Origin: an uncultured delta proteobacterium | GTDB lineage: Bacteria > Myxococcota_A > Polyangia > Haliangiales > Haliangiaceae | NCBI GenBank assembly: GCA_963848295.1 | Contig: CAWKDB010000010.1 | Coordinates: 2,240,001-2,304,000 of the forward strand | Direction: 5' to 3' | Length of the DNA: 64,000 nt | Shown here: positions 58,587 through 64,000 of the stretch, piece after piece | How positions within the stretch are numbered: position 1 is the first letter of the stretch | Layout: each line of letters starts with the position of its first letter | Notes under the pieces: generated by a model | What the model was told of the DNA's origin: nothing | What the model saw: only the letters and a program-made list of their open reading frames with translations | Databases searched by the model: none | Made by a program: the position numbers and the translations under genes

Positions 58587-59840
58587 ATGGGTGATCCGAG
58601 ATGTTTGCTCGGTGTTGCACTCGCGTCGGCTTTGGCCGCGTGTGGCAGCTCACATTCCACGGCAAATCCCGACGGTGCAGCCGGTAGCGACGGACCCGAC
58701 GCCGGGCCGGGCACGCCGTCGTCGTGCGGCAACTTCACCGTCGGTATCAACGCGAGCCTCGGCGGCACCGTGCCGTTCCCGACGAACAACGCGTGGAACC
58801 AAGACATCTCGACCGCGGACGTCGATGCGAATTCGGACGCGATCTTGGCCTACATCGGCAACGACTCGCCGTTCCATCCCGATTTCGACAGCGGCGGCGA
58901 TGGCATCTCGTACGAGATCGTCGATTCGTCCACCACGCCGCTCGTCTCGGTCGCGCTCGACGACGACTCCGAGAGCGACTCGATGCCGATGCCGATCGAC
59001 GCGACCGCGCCGATCGAAGGAGGCGGAGACAGCCACGCGCTCGTCCTCGACAAGGCGACGTGTTGGCTCTACGAGCTGTACAACGCGTCGGTCGACGGCG
59101 CCGGCAAGTGGTCCGCGGCGAACAGCGCGGTATGGGATCTCGAGAACTACAACTCGCGACCCCTGACCTGGACGTCGGCAGACGCCGCGGGCCTACCGAT
59201 CATGCCGGGTCTGGTCCGCTACGACGAGGTCAGCGCCGGCGTGATCGACCACGCGCTGCGCGTCACCGTGCCCGCGACGGTGGCGGCGTTCGTGCCACCC
59301 GCGACGCACTACGCCGGCAACGACACCAGCTCGCCGGTGCCGATGGGCATGCGCCTCCGGCTCAAGGCGTCGGTCGATACGTCGGGCTACTCGGCCGCCG
59401 ACCAGGCGATCACGAACGCGATGAAGAAGTACGGCCTGATCGTCGCCGATAACGGCAGCGCGCTGTACGTCACGGGCACCGGCGACAGCCGCTGGGACGA
59501 CGACGATCTGCACAAGCTGACGGTCCTCCACTTATCCGACTTCGAAGTCTTGAAGCTGCCGACGCTGATCACGAAGGCCAACGTACCGAGCGGCGACATG
59601 CCGGCGATCTCGAGCTTCACCGCGTCGGCGATGACCGCGTCGGCCGGCGCAGCCGTCACGCTGACGTGGAGCGCGACGAATGACTCCTATGACTTCATCA
59701 CGCCTTCCGCCGGTGACGATGCCGGCGTCGCGCGCGCGGGCACCGCGATCGTCCACCCGATGGCGACGACGACGTACACGTTGAGCTCGACGAACGCTTA
59801 CGGCCGCGACACGAAGCAGCTGACCATCACAGTGCCGTAG
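58587..59840 (+). CDS. Hypothetical lipoprotein with a conserved-looking catalytic domain and C-terminal Ig-like domain
   Basis: LAAC lipobox; FPTNNAWN, DSHALV..LYELY, SADAAGLP, IDHALR, YGLIVADNG. Confidence 0.75.
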   Translation: MGDPRCLLGVALASALAACGSSHSTANPDGAAGSDGPDAGPGTPSSCGNFTVGINASLGGTVPFPTNNAWNQDISTADVDANSDAILAYIGNDSPFHPDFDSGGDGISYEIVDSSTTPLVSVALDDDSESDSMPMPIDATAPIEGGGDSHALVLDKATCWLYELYNASVDGAGKWSAANSAVWDLENYNSRPLTWTSADAAGLPIMPGLVRYDEVSAGVIDHALRVTVPATVAAFVPPATHYAGNDTSSPVPMGMRLRLKASVDTSGYSAADQAITNAMKKYGLIVADNGSALYVTGTGDSRWDDDDLHKLTVLHLSDFEVLKLPTLITKANVPSGDMPAISSFTASAMTASAGAAVTLTWSATNDSYDFITPSAGDDAGVARAGTAIVHPMATTTYTLSSTNAYGRDTKQLTITVP

Positions 59841-60861
59841 CGATCGTCTCGGACGCGCCGAACAGGCCGTAGATGCCGCCGGTGTGGACGAACGCGACGG
59901 CGGAGCCGAACCGCTTCGGATCCTTGCGCAGCTCGCTGACCACGCCGTAGAACGCCTTACCGGTGTAGACCGGATCGAGCACGATGCCGTCGCTGCGGCA
60001 CACGTCCCGCAGTAGCGCCAGCTCCTCGGGGCGGCTCTTCGCGTAGCCGGCGCCGACGTAGCCGTCGATGATCTCGATGTCGGCCGGCGTCACGCGCGCC
60101 GCGAGCTGCCAGCGCTCTTCGGCGTCGGCACAGATCCGCCCGATCGCGTCGATGAAATACGCGCGGTCATCGCAGACGTTGACGCCGGCGACGCGAATGC
60201 CCCGCGCCGACAGCCCGAGCAGCTTCGCACCGAGCACGAGCCCGGCGCCCGTGCCGCCCGAGCCGCATGCATAGACGATCGTGACCGGATGGTCGGGGTC
60301 AGCGATGCCGATCAGATCGTCGGCGAGCTCGGCCATCGCGCGGATGTAGCCCCAGCCGCCGAGCGGGTTCGAGCCGCCTTCCGGGATCACGTACGGCTTG
60401 CCACCCGCCGCTCGCACGCGATCCGCTTGCTCCGCCATCAAGCGATTGCGATCGCGCCACGCCGGCCGCGAGATCCAGCGCAGGTCGGCGCCGGTCAGTC
60501 GATCGAGCAAGATGTTGCCGGTCGGAGCCGGCGGCCGCGTCGGGTCTTCGGTGCGCAAGATCAGCACGCTGTGCAGGCCGAGCTGGGTCGCGGCGAACGC
60601 GGTCGCGCGCGCGTGGTTCGACTGCTCGCCGCCGCAGGTGATGACGTGGGTCGCCTGTTGCGCGACCGCCTCGGCCATCAAGTATTCAAGCTTGCGCACC
60701 TTGTTGCCGGACAGCTCGCTGCCGGTCTGGTCGTCGCGCTTGACCCAGATCTTCGCGCCGAGGTCCTCGCCGTAGCGCAGCCAGTGGCCGCGGGTCGGCG
60801 TGTTCGCTAGCCGGATCCGCGGTGGCTCGATCTCGAGGAGGCGCTCGGGCAGCGGCGACAT
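59827..60861 (-). CDS. D-cysteine desulfhydrase / ACC deaminase family PLP enzyme
   Basis: KRDD..SGNKVRKLEY, QSNHAR, GSGGTGAG, LDPVYTGKA, HTGG. Confidence 0.92.
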   Translation of the reverse strand: MSPLPERLLEIEPPRIRLANTPTRGHWLRYGEDLGAKIWVKRDDQTGSELSGNKVRKLEYLMAEAVAQQATHVITCGGEQSNHARATAFAATQLGLHSVLILRTEDPTRPPAPTGNILLDRLTGADLRWISRPAWRDRNRLMAEQADRVRAAGGKPYVIPEGGSNPLGGWGYIRAMAELADDLIGIADPDHPVTIVYACGSGGTGAGLVLGAKLLGLSARGIRVAGVNVCDDRAYFIDAIGRICADAEERWQLAARVTPADIEIIDGYVGAGYAKSRPEELALLRDVCRSDGIVLDPVYTGKAFYGVVSELRKDPKRFGSAVAFVHTGGIYGLFGASETIATAL

Positions 60862-60919
60862 CGGGCCGACAGTATGACGAAAACAATGCCGGCGTCGCGC
60901 CGCGTGTTACATCCGGAAC

Positions 60920-61831
60920 GTGAGGACGTTGCTCGTGTTCGCCGCTCTGGTCGGGGCGATGCCGCACGCCGACGCGAAGCCGAAGAAGCCGCAGCCCGCG
61001 GCCGCCGAGCCCGCCGATCAACCCGGGCAGTACGGCGCCGGCGCACCCGACGACCCGGTGCCGAAGAAGCACAAGCACCACCGGGGCTGGCCCTCGCCCG
61101 CCGCGGGTCCGTCGAAGTCGGGCGACCCCGAGCTGATCTTCACGTTCGACGATGGGCCGAACCCGAGGACCACGCCCGACGTGCTCGAGACGCTCGCGAA
61201 GCACGACATCCACGCGACGTTCTTCATGGTCGGCGAGATGGCCGCCAGCAGGAACAAGAAGATCCCGGAGATCGTCGCGCGCATGGAGCAGGACGGTCAT
61301 GTCATCGGCAGCCACACGATGACGCACCAAGACCTGTGCCGCGCGAAGCTGTCGGACGCCAGGGCCAACGCCGAGATCGACGACGGCATCGCCGCGATCC
61401 ACAAGGCGACCGGCGTGCTGCTGCCGTGGTTTCGCACCCCGTATGGCGTGCGCTGCGATCGCGTCGACGCGATGCTCGCCGCGCGCCACCTCCACCACTT
61501 CCACTGGGATCTCGATCCGCAGGAATGGAAGCACAACGACCCCGAGAAGGCATACGCCTACGTCACCAAGCAGCTCGCGAAGATGACCGGCCGCAACGTG
61601 CTGCTGATGCACGACATCAAGACCGCGACGGTCAAGGCGCTGCCGCGCATCCTCGATTGGATCGAGGCCGAGAACGCGCGCCGCAAGCTCGCGCACGAGC
61701 GGCCGATCCGGATCATCGCGGGCTACGAGCTCGCGGCCGAGCAACTACCGCCCGGACTCGTCGATGCGCTGTCGCAAGCCGCCGCGGATATCGGCGAGCT
61801 GCCGGCAGCGCTCGCGTCCGCGTTGCCGTAG
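60920..61831 (+). CDS. Polysaccharide deacetylase (NodB/CE4)
   Basis: TFDDGP, HTMTH, FRTPYG, LLMHD. Confidence 0.9.
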   Translation: MRTLLVFAALVGAMPHADAKPKKPQPAAAEPADQPGQYGAGAPDDPVPKKHKHHRGWPSPAAGPSKSGDPELIFTFDDGPNPRTTPDVLETLAKHDIHATFFMVGEMAASRNKKIPEIVARMEQDGHVIGSHTMTHQDLCRAKLSDARANAEIDDGIAAIHKATGVLLPWFRTPYGVRCDRVDAMLAARHLHHFHWDLDPQEWKHNDPEKAYAYVTKQLAKMTGRNVLLMHDIKTATVKALPRILDWIEAENARRKLAHERPIRIIAGYELAAEQLPPGLVDALSQAAADIGELPAALASALP

Positions 61832-61880
61832 CCCCCGATCGCGGGGTCCCGGCCATGGTAGGGTCTGCGACGGCAGACTC

Positions 61881-62906
61881 ATGTTTCGGATTCGCCAATC
61901 GTATCGGGAGGATGTCGACCAAGTGCTCGCGGTGGCCGAGCACCTCGATACGGTCAACCTGCCCGCCGATCGCCCACACATCGTCGGCATTCTCGATCGC
62001 TCCGAACGCTCGTTCGCGGCCGAGCTGCCGACCGCGGAGCGCGAGTTCGTGTTCGTGCTCGAAGACCTGGCGAAGAAGAAGATCATCGGCACGTCGATGA
62101 TCTACGCGCAACACGGCACGAAGCGCGCGCCGCACATCTTCTTCCGCGTCGAGAACGACGAGCGCTACTCGGTCACGCTCGATCGCTACTTCGTCCATCA
62201 GACGCTACGCATCGGCTACAACTACGACGGTCCGACCGAGATCGGCGGCCTGATCCTGCTGCCGGAGTATCGGCGCAACGTCGAGGCGCTCGGCAAGGGT
62301 CTGTCGTACGTGCGGTTCCTGTTCATCGCGATGCATCGCACGCTGTTCCGCGACGACGTGCTGTCCGAGCTCCTGCCGCCGCTCGAGACCGACGGCACGT
62401 CGAAGCTGTGGGAGGCGCTCGGCCGCCGGTTCACCGGCCTCAGCTATCAAGAGGCCGACCTGCTGTCGAAGGACAACAAGGAGTTCATCCACGCGCTGTT
62501 TCCCGACGATCCGATTCACACCGAGCTGTTGCCCGACGGCGTGCGCTCGGTGATCGGCCAGGTCGGGCCCGAAACGAAAGCGGTCGAGGCGATGCTGCGC
62601 AGGATCGGCTTCGACTACGCCAATCAGATCGATCCGTTCGACGGCGGCCCGCATTTCTCGGCGAAGACCGCCGATATCTCGCTGATCAACAACGCGCGCC
62701 AAGTTCCGGTCCGCGTCGTCGGCGATGCCGATGGCGAGCGCCCGTGGGCGATCATGGCGACCGAGACCGCCGGCGCACGTCCCGGGTTTCGCGCGATCGG
62801 CACGCGGGTGATTCCACTCGACGAAGGGTTCGTCGGCATCACCGTGGATGTCAGCAAGCGCCTCGCGGTCGAGGACGGCCAGACGGTATGGCTGAGCTAC
62901 GGATGA
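61881..62906 (+). CDS. astA: Arginine N-succinyltransferase
   Basis: VNLP, FVFVLED, TEIGGLIL, RFLFIA, IDPFDGGP. Confidence 0.88.
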   Translation: MFRIRQSYREDVDQVLAVAEHLDTVNLPADRPHIVGILDRSERSFAAELPTAEREFVFVLEDLAKKKIIGTSMIYAQHGTKRAPHIFFRVENDERYSVTLDRYFVHQTLRIGYNYDGPTEIGGLILLPEYRRNVEALGKGLSYVRFLFIAMHRTLFRDDVLSELLPPLETDGTSKLWEALGRRFTGLSYQEADLLSKDNKEFIHALFPDDPIHTELLPDGVRSVIGQVGPETKAVEAMLRRIGFDYANQIDPFDGGPHFSAKTADISLINNARQVPVRVVGDADGERPWAIMATETAGARPGFRAIGTRVIPLDEGFVGITVDVSKRLAVEDGQTVWLSYG

Positions 62907-63829
62907 TCGCCGCGCGCGCGATCGCGATCGTCGTCGCGGTCGCCGGAGTCGCCGGCGCGCGCCCGGTCACGCCGCCACCGGGCTGGAAATCCGACGACGC
63001 GCGCGCCAGCTCGCTCACCGATCAGCTCGCGAGCAGCGGCACCGAAGGCGCGACGAAATCGACCGGCCGCGTCGAGGTCTACCTCGCGCCTCAGCGGGGG
63101 GTCGCGCTGTTCGTCACCGACATCATCGCGCTGCCACCGGCCGGCACGGCGAACGCCGCGACCCGCGCTTACGTCGACGAGCTGCACGAGTCAGTCAAGC
63201 GCGCGCAGGTGACGAGCCAGACGATCCAAGAGGACACGTGGGGCCAGCACATCGATCCGGCGCACAAGCAGGTCGAAGCCGAGCTCGTGTTTCGCGACAC
63301 GTCGGCCGGGCTCATCACCCGCGATCGCCTGCTGATCGCGGCCGACGACACGCGGCTCGAAGCCGTGACCGGCGAGTGCGTCGCGGCTTCCGACGCGCCC
63401 GCCCCGCTCGTCGACGCGTGCAAAGCAGCGCTCGCGACGCTCGAAGTCGGCATCGATGCCGGCCATCGCATCGCGCTCGATCCCGCGAGTGCGCCACCAC
63501 CGGCTGCGGGGCTCGCGCCGACTGCGGCGCCGGCTCCGCCTCCGGCGCCGATCGACAACGGCCAGGTGTCGCGCCTGCACGACGACCAGGGTCATACGCC
63601 GCTGCCGCCGATCGTCGTCCATCACGAAGAGCCGATGAGCGATCGCCGCCCGATCTACCTCGGCGCCGGCATCGTCGTGCTCGCCGCGCTGTTCTGGTGG
63701 AATCGCCGCCGCCGCGCCGAGCTCGAGCGCGCCGATGCCGACGCCGATGCGTTGCAAGCTGCAGCTCGCGGCGACAAATCGGGCGCGGACGTTGTCGGCA
63801 ACAAGGACAAGGCCCAAAAAGATGACTGA
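62903..63829 (+). CDS. Hypothetical protein with signal peptide and C-terminal membrane anchor
   Basis: ATGA overlap with astA; GAGIVVLAALFWWNRRRR. Confidence 0.7.
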   Translation: MIAARAIAIVVAVAGVAGARPVTPPPGWKSDDARASSLTDQLASSGTEGATKSTGRVEVYLAPQRGVALFVTDIIALPPAGTANAATRAYVDELHESVKRAQVTSQTIQEDTWGQHIDPAHKQVEAELVFRDTSAGLITRDRLLIAADDTRLEAVTGECVAASDAPAPLVDACKAALATLEVGIDAGHRIALDPASAPPPAAGLAPTAAPAPPPAPIDNGQVSRLHDDQGHTPLPPIVVHHEEPMSDRRPIYLGAGIVVLAALFWWNRRRRAELERADADADALQAAARGDKSGADVVGNKDKAQKDD

Positions 63830-64000
63830 CGAAGCCGCACCGACCCCGGGCGAGCTGATCCTGATCGTCGACGACGAGAAGAACATCCGGCGCGCGCTGC
63901 GGATGGTGCTCGAGAGCGAAGGTCATCCCGTGCACGAAGCCGGCTCGATCGCCGAGGCCGAGGCGCTCCTGGTGCGCGAGCCGGTCGAGCTCATCTTGCT
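63822..64000 (+). CDS. Response regulator receiver domain (NtrC/NtrX-like), truncated by the window end
   Basis: MTDEAAPTPGELILIVDDEKNIRRALRMVLESEG. Confidence 0.8.
   Translation, partial: MTDEAAPTPGELILIVDDEKNIRRALRMVLESEGHPVHEAGSIAEAEALLVREPVELIL

Overview
GC-rich (about 70% by eye) bacterial chromosomal DNA. Gene content and lipoprotein style suggest Myxococcota, possibly Kofleriaceae/Haliangiales-like; this is an inference, not a search result. About 55 genes are visible. Housekeeping genes include gluQ, greB, a cardiolipin synthase, ssb, rseP, uvrC, ftsK, lolA, gpmI and astA. There are also envelope and lipoprotein genes, glycosyltransferases and regulators. No rRNA, tRNA, CRISPR array, transposase or prophage gene was seen. 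Main observations: (1) a tandem PafB/PafC-like WYL gene pair with no Pup-proteasome genes in the window, plus PafBC-geometry promoters (TGTCAR-N10-[-10 box]) upstream of ssb and a SnoaL-like gene; (2) pervasive leaderless-type promoters, with a -10 box 6-7 nt before about 19 start codons; (3) a ~87-bp structured palindromic element in two diverged copies, one in-frame inside a glycosyltransferase; (4) a ~260-nt nested-helix candidate ncRNA next to ssb; (5) five sigma54 -24/-12 promoters, one driving a small unknown protein plus comEA and one driving an MBL hydrolase plus GAF-bEBP pair; (6) unusual fusions (SurA_N-POTRA, GspN-like/GspC PDZ); (7) four gene disruptions (an in-frame TAG, two 1-nt frameshifts, one internal deletion) that may partly be assembly errors. 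All calls are from motif recognition by eye.
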